A stretch of 64,000 bases of DNA. Origin: Raja brachyura. Lineage: Eukaryota. This document shows, in pieces, positions 26,100 through 38,077 of the stretch. The translations under genes were made by a program, and so were the position numbers. The DNA lies in contig OY740804.1 of assembly GCA_963514005.1 (NCBI GenBank), positions 5,022,001 to 5,086,000 on the forward strand. The letters are read 5' to 3'. Numbering within the stretch: the stretch's first letter is position 1; the number at the start of each line of letters is the position of its first letter. Below the pieces are notes generated by a model. That model searched no databases, was not told where the DNA came from, and saw only the letters and a list, made by a program, of their open reading frames with translations.

Positions 26100-29082
26100 C
26101 AATGGTGTTTTATTGTCATATGTGCTGAAGTGGAACATTAATATTCTTACTTGCAGCAGCACAACAGGTTTGCAAACACAGTTTCAGAGTCACTTTCAGT
26201 TTAGTCTATTGTCTCGTGTGGAGTGAAAAGTTTTTGTTGCGTGCTAACCTGTCAGCAGAGATACAAAACATGCTAACAATTGAGTCATTATAATGTATAG
26301 ATACATGATAAGGGACTAACATTTAGTGCTAGGTTAAGCTAGCAAGTGCTCAATGGATAAAATAAAGCAAACAAAACAATAAGTTCAACAAATGTAAAAA
26401 ATAGTGCCGATTGGGTTCCATGTTCAACCCACTCCATAATTCCTGGGTTATGAGCTGCATGGCAGGGTGAGCTATGAAGAGGATATAGAGATTCATTGTG
26501 GAATACAGTTGGGTTAAGTGAATGCACAACAATGTGGGAAATGCAACATATGAGACAACAGGTGAAGAAAGCAGAAATACTGAACGGTTTTATAAACGGC
26601 AAGAGATTGAAATGTCTTCATGTTTAGTTTAGAGATACAGCGTGGAAACAGGCCCTTCGGCCAACCGAGTCTGCACCACCAGCAATTAACACTTCCCCAG
26701 ACACACTGGGGACAATTTACAATTTTACCATGCCAATTATCCTGCATCTGTATGTTGTTCCAAAAGGAGTAAACTGGAGACCTCGAAACAAACCCACGTG
26801 GTCACGGGGAGAACGTACATACTCTATACAGACAGCACTCGTAGTCGAGAGCAAAGATAGACAAAAGTGCTGGAGAAACTCAGTGGGTGCAGCAGCATCT
26901 ATGGAGCGAAGGAAATAGGCAACGTTTCGGGCCGAAACCCTTCTTCAGACCTGGGTCTCTGGCGCAGTAGACGTTGTAAGGCAGCAACTCCACCGCTGCG
27001 CCACCGTGCTGTGGAGCAGAAGGGCCCAGATATCCCTGTACATGAATCATTGAAAGTTGGCCAACAGTGCAGATATTAGGAAGGCAAACAGCACGTAGGA
27101 AATTGTTGCAAGAAATTTGACTGCAAGTATATTGACACTTTGGTTCAATTATATATGGTTCTGTTGAGACTGCGTCTGGAATGTTTTGTAGGTCTGGTCT
27201 CTATACTTCATGATGGATATACTTGCAAATTGTGCAGCCAAGATTCAACAGAGCTGCTGCCTCACAGCACCAGAGGCCCAGGTTCAATCCTGACTACAGG
27301 TTCTGTCTGTAAAGAGTTTGCATATCCTCCCTGTGACTGTGTGGCATTTTCTCTGGGTGCTCTGGTTTCCCACGGCATTCCAAAGTTTTGTAGGTTGATT
27401 GGCTTCTATAAATTCTCCCCAGTGTGTAAGATGTGAAAGTGGGATCACGTAGAACTAATACAACGGTGATAGATGGTCCGCATAGTGGGCCAACGAGCTG
27501 GTTTCAACACTGTACTTAAACTAAACTAAACATTCTGAAGAAGACCCAAAACATCACCTATTCCTTTTCTCCGGAGATGCTGCCTGACAAGCTGAGTTAC
27601 TCCAGCTGGTTGTTGCTAATTTTGAGGAGATTCTACTGCTTGTGCATCTGCCTCACAGCTCTAGTCGTCTGGGTCCAATTCCAAACTTCATTGGTTTCTG
27701 TGTTAAATTTGCATGTTCTCCCTGTGACAGCATTGTTATCGTCTGGATTCTCCAGTGTCCTCCCACATCCCAGAGCATGCTGGGTGGTAGGATAACTGGC
27801 AACTGCAACATGCATGAGAATAGATGAAGAGATGTTGGATGGGGACAGATGAATGGGATAGCTCCCAAAGCTGGTGAGGAATCGATGGGCCTAATGGGCT
27901 CAATATATTAATAGGGTTTGACAGGGTAGCTGCAGGGATCAAGCTTCCCCTGTTTATAAGGTGCATCTGACTCAAAATGTGAGGTCAGTCATTCAAGAAT
28001 GGGACAAGAAGAAGTGTCTTTACAAAGAACATGGTGAATCTTCGAAGTTCTCTCACCAGGAGGCCATCGATGCTCAATCACAATAAAAATCAATATTTTT
28101 ATTAGAAATTATAGGAAACAAGGGATATGGAATCAGTTCATAAAAGCGGTGCTGTGTCAGCCATGATGCATTGAGTGGCGGAGTAGATACAAAGGGCCAA
28201 ATGATCTACTGAAGATGGATACTTAGCGGGTCAGTCAGCATCTGTGGAGATAAAGGACAGGTGATATTTTTGGTCGAGACCCTTCTTCAGACTATACTCT
28301 TGCTGTATGTTGTGTTCAAACTATGAGCACTGCATGGTATGATTTCTGGCACAGTTCTGTTATCTTAGTTGAATGTTGTTTTGAACAATAAAGGAAGTTA
28401 GATTAGATGCTCTGTTTTGTTAACAGTAATACAGAGAAGAGGCCCCCAGAGCCTACAAGTTGACAGCTTTTTCTCCATCATCCTGCGGCACAGTGGCGCA
28501 GCTGGTAGAGCTGCTGCCTCACATCGCCAGAGACCCGGGATCCATAAATCTCTCAGCTACTTTGTCAGACATGATTTCCCTCTCATAAATGCACCATGAC
28601 CATGTCCCAATTGCTTGCTAAGATCACATTAACTTTTCTTTGAAACCATTTACGGAAGTGAGATGCTGAAATAATCTATTTTGAAATTTCTCACTTCTCT
28701 GTTTTTCGTTCTGAGAAAATATATTGAAGGCGTTCAAACCGCGTCTCCTCCAGAGGTCCTTAATAATTAAATTTACCGAACCTAATGAGTATATTGACCT
28801 CATACACAATCATTTGATGACCGCTATTAGTTCTTTAGTGATTGTGTGTCGAATCGTACTCCTACTGTACCAGGGTCAAGACACAGCTCCAAGCGATGCT
28901 TTCAAGTGGTTAGTAATTCTTATCACCACACAGGCTGACTTTAAGGGCAGCAATCTGCCTTGAAATAGATTAAAGTGAGATATAATGATTTCATTATTTT
29001 CTTTGTCCTTTATTAACACAGTGTCCGATTGTATACCAACCTCCCTTCCATTGACTCCATCTACATTACACGCTGCCTTGGC
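26100..29082. repeat. Local segmental duplication, unit B
   Basis: Tandem copy of unit A; near-identical short ORFs 21791/26339 and 24604/27653. Confidence 0.8.
26918..26951 (-). ncRNA. Minimal type I hammerhead-ribozyme-like motif (Penelope-associated)
   Basis: Minus strand reads GGU-CUGAAGA-A-GGGU(UUCG)GCCC-GAAACGUU-GCC. Confidence 0.55.
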
Positions 29083-29595
29083 AAGGCCACCAGCATAATC
29101 AGGGATGAGTCACACCCTGGACACTCCCTCTTCTCCCCTCTCCCATCAGGCAAGAGGTACAGAAATGTGAAAATGCATACCTCCAGATTCAGGGTCGGTT
29201 TCTTCCCAGCTATTATCAGGAAACTGAACCATCTTCTCACCGACTAGATAGCAGTCCTAACCTCCAATCTACCTCATTTGATGCAGTCAGACTATCTTTA
29301 CCCAGTCTTTACTGGACTTTATCTTGCATTAAATGTTATTCACTTTATCCTGTATCTGTACACTGTGGCTGGCTGATTGTAATCATGACCCGAAACATCG
29401 CCTATTCCTTCGCTCCATAGATGCTGCCTCACCCGCTGAGTTTCTCCAGCATTTTTGTCTACCTTCGATTTTTCCAGCATCTGGAGATCTTTCTTAAACA
29501 GTAATCATGCATAGTCTTTCTGTTGACTGGAGAGCATGCAACAAAAAGCGTCTCACTGTACGTCGGTACACGTGACGATAAACTAAACTAAATTA
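29020..29595 (+). mobile_element. Rex1/Babar-like LINE 3' fragment
   Basis: LPSIDSIY..IIRDESHPGHSLFSPLPSGKRYR..FFPAIIRKLN; related piece at 13781-14160. Confidence 0.6.
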
Positions 29596-30237
29596 ACTTG
29601 CCAACTGGACTGTGAATGACATCCTGGCCAAAGGTTTTGTGAAATGAGCAAGAAGAGATTTTTAAAAACTTACACTGAGGTTTAGTCGGAAATCCAATCC
29701 CTCTCCCAACCCGTAAGGCTTGCTGGGGAAGTCTAACTTTTGGCAATTGTGGGTCAGGTTTGTACTGGGTTACTTAGCTGGTTGCGAGAATCAAAATTGG
29801 AATGAAGCAAAACCCCTCAGTAACAGTGGTGCAGCGGTAGAGCTGTCGTCTCACAGCGCCAGAGACCTGGATTTGATCCTGACATCATGCGTTGTCTGTG
29901 TGGAGTTTGCATGTTCTCACTGCGACAGTCGGGTTCTCCCCTGACATCAGTCTGAAGAAGGGTCTTGACCCAAAAAGCCACCCATTCCTTCTCTCCAGAG
30001 ATGCTGCCTGTTCCGCTGAGTTACTCCAGCATTAGTGTCTACTAGCGGCATGATAATTGATTTCTCCAACTGCAAGGAACCGTTGCATTCCCTCTCTCGT
30101 CGTCTCTCCCCCCCCCCCAGTCTTCTTGCTAATTTCACTGTTTTTTATCCCTTCGTTATCACCTCATCCCCAGCAACAATGGACCATTGTGGACTCCACC
30201 TTTCTTGAGTTATCGATGCAGACTCTGCGTTGTTCTC

Positions 30238-30620
30238 AGGGCCGGATTTACGTATAATCTCGACAAGCTTAAATTTAGGGCCTCGAGATCTAGGGGGGGG
30301 GGGGGGCTCGCAGAGCCGGATTTACCACTAGCTGAAGCCTAGGGCCTTGAAATTTTGGGGGCTCCGGTCAAGGCAGGACACATGCCGTTCAACTCCGGGC
30401 GAGCTGCCCTCTCTATCCCTCTCTCTCTGTCACTCTCCGTCTCTGCCCGCCATCCGTGTCCGTGTCTGGGCCGCCGGGTCTCCGCTCTCCGCTCGCTCCT
30501 CATCCGCCGGCACGGCAATCCTCCCTGCACATCCTCCCCCCCTGCACATGTGCACAACCACAGCCAGCACGTCATCGACCGCCCTGCGCATGCGTACTGC
30601 CACAGTGCTGGCCACTTTCT
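30238..30620. repeat. GC-rich interspersed repeat (possible hAT-type MITE end, CAGGGCCGG); related copy at 36510-37160
   Basis: Shared AAGGCAGGACAC..GCCGTTCAACTC..CTCCGCTCGCTCCTCATCCGC in both copies. Confidence 0.45.
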
Positions 30621-33096
30621 CCCAACCCAAAACGGAACCTGCCTGGCCCACTGAGTTACTCCAGCATTATATGTCTGTTTTTGATAAATAGGAAGTTGTG
30701 AAGTTGATAAGAAGATTTGAACACCAGTGTAAATATTTTGAAACCAAATAATTGGTTCTACGGGTTAGGGTTGTTATGACTGCGCAGGGTGGGTTATCAG
30801 ATCTGTGAGGTGTGGAGAACCATGGTCAAGTCCAAATCCACCCACATGTCACAGTGCCAGGGTGAAGGGTGAGTGGGGCAGAGCAGGGCGGGGCACTGGC
30901 ACCAGAGTTAAGCTCATAGAGTCATACAGCACAGAAACAGGCCCTTCTTCCCAACTTGACCATGCTGACCAAACTGCTTACCTGCACTAGTTTAGTTTAG
31001 AGATACAGCGTGGAAACTGGCCTTCGGCCCACCGAGTCCGCACCGAACAGCAATCCCCACGCATTAACACTACCCTACACGCACTAGGGTCTATTTCCAC
31101 CTATTCCAAGCCAACTAACCTACTAACCTATACGTTTTTGGATTGTGCGAGGAAACTGAATATCTCGGCGAAAACCCAGGCGGTCACGGGGAGAACGTAC
31201 AAACTCCATACAGACAGCACCCGTAGTCGGGATCAAATCCGACTGTAAGCGCTGTAAGGCAGCAGCTCTACCACTGCGCCACCGTGCCGACCTAGACCAC
31301 TTGTCCCACTTGCCCGCGTTTGACCCATCTCCTCTTTGTTCTGCCATATATTGGTAAACATCCAGTTTTCAACCTCAGTTAGGAAGTAGTGTCTCGGCCG
31401 GAATACAAACATGTACTTTTTGCCTCCACAGATGCTGCTTGACCCGTTGAGTTTTCCAGGTGTTCTGCCCATTGTTCCAGATTCTAGTAAATGCAATCTC
31501 CTTTGTCTTCTCCCTCACACAACCCTAATCCTACCTGAACAATGTTCTCTCACAGAAGCTGATGGGTACATGGATGGAGCATGTCCAGAGGAGGTAGTGG
31601 AGACAGGTACTATTAACAACATTTAAAAGCATTAGGACATGGTACGTGGATTGAAACATAGAAATTAGGTGCAGGAGTAGGCCATTCGGCCCTTCGAGTC
31701 AGCACCGCCATTCAATGTGATCATGGCAGATCATCCACAATCAGTACCCCGTTCCTGCCTTATCCGCATATCCCTTGACTCCGCTATCTTTAAGAGCCCT
31801 ATCTAGCTCTCTCTTGAAAGTATCCAGAGAAACGTCCTCCACCACTCTCTGAGGCAGAGAATTCCAGAGACTTACAACTCTGTGAGAAAAAATGTTTCCT
31901 CATCTCCGTTCCGTTGGTGTCTTAGTTCTCCTGGGTAACATTTCAACACATGAGAAGCTGAGGACGGCTGGACAAATTAGTGACGTGCATTTTGAGGTGG
32001 GCAAACAGTTCACAAGTTCACACATTCCAGGAGTAGAATATGGCCATTCGGCCCTCGAGTCTACTCCGCCATTCAAACATGGCTGATCTCTGCCTCCTAA
32101 TCCCATACAGGTTCAGCCACAGTGTGCCCGCATTTGGCGGAGGGGGTTGAGGGGGTGGGCAAGGGAATGTTTGCGGTGGTGGACAGAGCGCCAGTCAAGC
32201 GGGCAAACGTCACCAGGATGAAGCAGAGCTTCGAGGAGATGCTCCAATCCAGGCAACAGGAGAGCATTGCAGCCCACTCCTGATAGGTTCATTGTCCGTG
32301 GTGAGGAGGCTGGGGGAGGTGGCAAGTGAGTCACCAAGTTGGTCTCGAACCACTGCAAAGTCGTTTCCTGAGTAAACGGAAATTGACTGTTTGACTTCTG
32401 TTGTGAATGAGGAAGAGGGCAACTCAAACGCAGTGCAGGGACCAAACCGATCCAACGCAGCCGTGACATGGCAGTGGGACAGGGAGAATTCACCCACCAG
32501 AAACGGCCCAGATCCAGGGGAACAGTCGCTCTGTTGGTTCTTGTCGCTGTTGGTCTCACACCAGATAAATCGTTGTTTTACAAAATGCTCTGTTCTTTAG
32601 AATTATTTACTAGCGCCTTGAATTATTTGTAACCACAGACTCTCTGTACTGTGTGGGGAGCTGATGATGAATTGCTCAACACTCGTTAGTTCCTGTAGAG
32701 ACTTCCATCAGCGGTTATTGTCGTGTTGTGTGCAGCCAAATTGCACACAGCTAGCTCCCTGTGGAGAAGGGAGATAACTACCTACAGCTTGCCTTGTGGA
32801 CCTCACTGAAACTTACTGAATAGTGAAAGGCCTGAATAGAGTGGATGGGGTGGGGATGTTTCCACTAGTGGGAGAGTCTAGGACCAGAGGTCGCAGCCTC
32901 AGAATTAAAGGACGTTCCTTTAGGAAGGAGCTGAGGAGGAATTTCTTTAGTCAGAAGGTGGTGAAATTGTGGAATTCATTGCCACAGAATGCTGTGTAGG
33001 CCATCAATAAATATTTCTAAGGCAGAGACGGATAGATTCTTGATCAGTACTAGTGTCAGGAGTCCTGGGGAGAAGATAGGAAGATTGAGGTAGGAG

Positions 33097-33810
33097 ATTT
33101 ATAGGAAACAAGGGATGTGGAATCAGTTCATAAAAGTGGTGCTGTGTCAGCCATGATGCATTGAGTGGCGGAGTAGATACAAAGGGCCAAATGATCTACT
33201 GAAGATGGACACTTAGCGGGTCAGGCAGCATCTCTGGAGATAAAGGACAGGTGACATTTTTGGGCGAGACCCTTCTTCAGACTATACTCTTGCTGTATGT
33301 TGTGTTCAAACTATGAGCACTGCATGGTATGATTTTTGGCACAGTGCTGTTATCTTAGTTGAATGTAATTTCGAACAATAAAGGAAGTTAGATTAGATGC
33401 TCTGTTTTGTTAACAGCAATACAGAGAAGAGGCCCCCAGAGCCTACAAGTTGACAGCTTTTTCTCCACCATCCTGCGGCACAGTGGCGCAGCTGGTAGAG
33501 CTGCTGCCTCACATCGCCAGAGACCCGGGATCCATAAATCTCTCAGCTACTTTGTCAGACATGATTTCCCTCTCATAAATGCACCATGACCCTGTCCCAA
33601 TTGCTTGCTAAGATCACATTAACTTTTCTTTGAAACCATTTACGGAAGTGAGATGCTGAAATAATCTATTTTGAAATTTCTCACTTCTCTGTTTTTCGTT
33701 CTGAGAAAATATATTGAAGGCGTTCAAACCGCGTCTCCTCCAGAGATCCTTAATAATTAAATTTGCCGAACCTAATGAGTATATTGACCTCATACACAAT
33801 CATTTGATTA
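33097..33810. repeat. Third, near-identical partial copy of unit B (matches about 28107-28818)
   Basis: ORFs 28417/33407 and 28624/33614 differ by only 1-2 residues. Confidence 0.85.
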
Positions 33811-34615
33811 CCAAATTGCACACAGCTATCTCCCTGTGTTGAAGGGAGATAACCACCTACAGCTTGCCTTGTGGACCTCACTGAAACTTACCGAATAGTG
33901 AAAGGCCTGGATAGAGTGGATGGGGTGAGGATGTTTCCGCTAGTGGGAGAGTCGATGACCAGAGGTTGCAGCCTCAGAATTAAAGTACGTTCTTTTAGGA
34001 AGGCAATGAGGAGGAATTTCTTTAGTCAGAAGGTGGTGAAACTGTGGAATTCATTGCCACAGAATGCTGTGGAGGCCGTCTATAGATATTTCTAAGGAAG
34101 ATGGATAGATTCTTGATCAGTACTGGTGTCAGGAGTCCTGGGGAGAAGTCAGGAGGATTTAGTTGAGAGGGAAAGGTAGATCAGCCATGATTGAATGGTG
34201 GAGAGTAGACTTGATGGGCCAAATGGCCTAATTCTGCTCCTAGTACTAATGAACTTATGATCTGTTCTTCAGAATTATTTACTAGTACCTTGAATTATTT
34301 TGAGCCACAGAGCAGACTACTGGGCTACGAGCTGCTAAGATAAAGTGCTTGCAGACTTGTTTTTTCCTGCACTAATGACTGTTGTGTAGCTGTACGCAGC
34401 CAAATTGCACACAGCTAACTCCCTGTAGAAAATGACCCGACAGCTGGCCTTGTTGATTATGGGTGTAGTGGTAACTCTTGCCCCCAGACCAGAGAGTTTC
34501 CTCCACTATTCTGGTGCAAACTATCTCCAGGTGAACTTTCTCAGTGATTTGACAGCAGATCAGCTAAATGCTTTACCCCTTGCATATCTCTTAACTTCCT
34601 CCCTCCCTGACTATT

Positions 34616-34649
34616 GGTCTGAAGAAGGGTCTCGACCCGAAACGTCACC
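34616..34649 (+). ncRNA. Minimal type I hammerhead-ribozyme-like motif (Penelope-associated)
   Basis: GGU-CUGAAGA-A-GGGUC(UC)GACCC-GAAACGUC-ACC. Confidence 0.55.
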
Positions 34650-35720
34650 CATTGCTTCTCTCCAGAGATGCCGCCTGACCCGCTGAGTTACTCCAGCATT
34701 TAGTGTCTATCAAAGACACACGGCACTCCCTCCACGCACAGCAATGGGAAATGTTGAACCTAAACCTTAGTACATTCAAAGAAAAAACCTGTGAAAGCCA
34801 GCCATTGGGAACAGGCGGGCGTCACAAATGAGGAAGCACCAGAGTGACTGTCCAATTTAGCATTTGGAGAAGTTGTGGTTATCTCTCCCTTCTGAGAAAA
34901 ACCAGCTGCCTCACAACAGACTCTGCTGCTCGAGCTGTTCTCCACACCGTGCTTTCCCAGCCTCTGAGTTCTCCTTCAAGGCATTTGTCTGGTGGTTTGT
35001 GAGTGGACCTGGACTGATCTGATGATGTGTCTCCACCCCAGCTCCTGAATCTGCAGAGTTTCACATGTGTTAGAGTCATAGAGTGATACAGTGTGGAAAC
35101 AGGCCCTTCAGCCCAACTTGCCCACACCGGCCAACATGTCTCAGCAACACTAGTCCCACCTGTCCACGTTTGGTCCAAGTCCCTTCAAACCTGTCCTATC
35201 CATGTACCTGTCTAACTGTCCCTGCCTCAACTAGCTCCTCTGGCAGCTTCATCCATACACCCACCAGCCTTTGTGTGAAAAAGACACCTCATGATTATTC
35301 CAGGTAAACGTGGAGTTTGAAACATCAGTGGCAGATCCACCACAGGCCGGGAAGTTTGGTTCAATGGGGCACAAAGTGCTGGCGTAACTCAGTAGGTCAG
35401 GCAGTATCTCATGGTCTTGACTTGAAACATCACCTATCCATGTTCTCCACAGATGCTGCCTGACCTGCTGAGTCACCACTGGCATCACAGGCAACTGGCT
35501 ATTCAGCTTTAGTAAAGCACAAAGTGCTGGAGTAAGGCAGCAGGTCAGGCAGCATCTCTGGAAAACATGGATAGGTGATGTTTTGGGTTGAGACCTGAAT
35601 AAGGGGTAGGTCTGATGAGGAAAAACCTTTTCACAGAGATTTGTGAATCTGTGGAATTCTCTGCCACAGAGGGCAGTGGAGGCCAATTTACTGGATGTAT
35701 TCAAGAGAGAGTTAGATATA

Positions 35721-36444
35721 ATAATAATAATAATAATAATAACTTTATTACGGACTCAAGGTCCAGACAGGGGGCAACATTACATTAAAAATGCATTGCA
35801 TATCAAATATCATAAATATATATAAAATCATGGTAAATCACATAAAATCATCAATTTATATATTTAAAAAACCCACAATACTTGTTAAAAATCCAGAGTA
35901 AAAGATGATCAATGTCGTACAACGAGACAACGATACCAGTGTCTCCACAGCTGGGATTCGTAGCGTGTAGTGCTAACCCTTATGTTTGTCAAGGCCACAA
36001 TAAGCACATTTTTAGAGTAATTGATCCTGCAAATGAATTTATACATGTGGAGTCTTAGGATAGCTTCTAGAGTACTGACTCCTGCAGCCCTAAACACATT
36101 ACTGGCACTACACCATCTTGGTTGCCTTAGCAGTGTTCTCATGGCATCGTTATATGCCACCTTTAGTCTCTGCATACTTGTCTTTAAATAGTTCGACCAC
36201 AGGTGCGCAGTGTAGAGGGGTGTGCAGTATGCTCTAAATAGCGACATCTTCACCACATCTGCACACGCACCAAATTTATGCAAGAGGATATTCGCCTGTA
36301 AATACAGCATGCGTCGTTGCCTATAAATATCCTCATCATCTGTCATTTGTTCTGTAATAATATGCCCTCGATATTTTATCTTATTACAGACACTAAGATT
36401 GTTGTCAGACAATTTAAAATCAGATATTTTAGGCTTTTATCCTA
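35721..36444 (-). mobile_element. 5'-truncated RTE-X-like LINE with (ATT)n tail
   Basis: ORF 35909-36412 (KYRGHII..DDEDIYRQRRMLY..SLFRAYCTPLY..KVAYNDAMR). ATATA duplicated at 35716-35720 and 36445-36449 inside a CR1 fragment. Confidence 0.65.
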
Positions 36445-36615
36445 ATATAGCTCTTAGGGCTAATGGAATCATGGGATATGGGGAGCAAGCAGAACGGGGT
36501 ACTCGGGGCTCAATTTACGTACAAGCTTGACAAGCTTAACCTTAGGGCCTCGAAATCTAGTCGGCCTCCGGCCAAGGCAGGACACCTGCCGTTCAACTCT
36601 GGGCGGGCACCCCTC

Positions 36616-36616
<1 letters not shown>

Positions 36617-36650
<34 letters not shown>

Positions 36651-36666
36651 CTCTCTCTCTCTCTCT
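36617..36666. repeat. (TATC)n/(TC)n microsatellite
   Basis: Seen directly. Confidence 0.9.
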
Positions 36667-38006
36667 GTCACTCGCCGTCTCCGCCCGCCATCCGTATCCG
36701 GGCCGCCGGCCTCCACTCTCCGCTCGCTCCTCATCCGCTGGCACGGCAGGCCGCCTTGCACATGCGCACTGCTGCAGCCAGTGATTGCTGCAGCAGACTG
36801 CTGCAGTCCTAAGGGACTGTGGTTGGTACACTGTGAAATCGACAGAAGGATGTAGGGTTGGGTGTCTATGCGTGCTATTTTCATATTTCATATTTATTTT
36901 AGTTGTTTATCTTTTTTAATATTTTACCTTGTATGTATCGTTAGCTTTTATGGTTTGAATGGTGCACTGACTGGTTGACATTTTTAAATTTCGTTGTACA
37001 TGGTTCATGTTACAATGACAATAAAGAAACTATCTATCTACATCCTCCCCCCCCCCCCCCCCCCGCACATGTGCACAACCACGGTCAACACATCATCAGC
37101 CGCCCTGCGCACGCGCACTGCCACGGCAACTGGTCAGCGCTGGGCACTTTCTCCCTCACTTTGAATTGTGGGAGATCTGGCAGCCATTGCTGTCCGGTCG
37201 CCGCGACCACTGGAAACCGATGCAGAATCACTCCCTGACCCTGGATCTGGAGTAACTCCCTGGAGTAACTCTTGCTTCTGGTTTCCTGGTCCTTCATAAA
37301 TATTCTAAATGGAATTTAAACTGGAGATGGTGGAGGGCTGAACAATAACAGCCTATTGCATTTTATCAGTTTATTTATTTTGTATATACATGGTCTATGG
37401 TATATAAACACACTGAACTTTTATCTCCTGTTCTGTATTATGTTTACATATTCTGTTGTGCTGCAGCAAGCAAGAATGTCATTGTCCTATCTGGGACACA
37501 TGACAATAAAACTCTCTTGACTCTTGACTTGGACTTAAGCAAAAAAGAGTTCTGGGGATAAAAGAGGTACCTTATATTTAGTTGCGTCTGGTTGGGTAAC
37601 TATGGTAGGGTGAAGACTATTCCATGCTTTAATTGTGCGGGGGGGAACTCCATGGAGCAGCCAGCAACTCTGGATAGAAAACATTGGGTGACGTTTCGGG
37701 TAGAGACCCTTCTTTAGACGCCCTCTGGTTTTAGTGTTTTTAGTTTAATTTAACGATACAGCGTGGAAACAGGCCCTTCGGCCCACCGAGTCCACGCCGA
37801 CCACCGATCACCCGTACACTAGTTCTATCCCACACATTAGCGGAGTGAGTCAAGAGTCAAGAGTGTTTTATTCTCTTACGTCCCAGTTAGACCAATGAAA
37901 TCCTTACTTGCAGCAGCACAACAGAATATGTAAACATAGTACTCTGTAAACAATGTTATAAACGAGAAAACAGAACGGTGTATATTTATATATGAATATA
38001 TAACTA

Positions 38007-38036
38007 TATGTGTGTGTGTATGTGTGTGTGTGTATA

Positions 38037-38074
<38 letters not shown>
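38007..38074. repeat. (TG)n followed by (CA)n microsatellite
   Basis: Seen directly. Confidence 0.9.
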
Positions 38075-38077
<3 letters not shown>

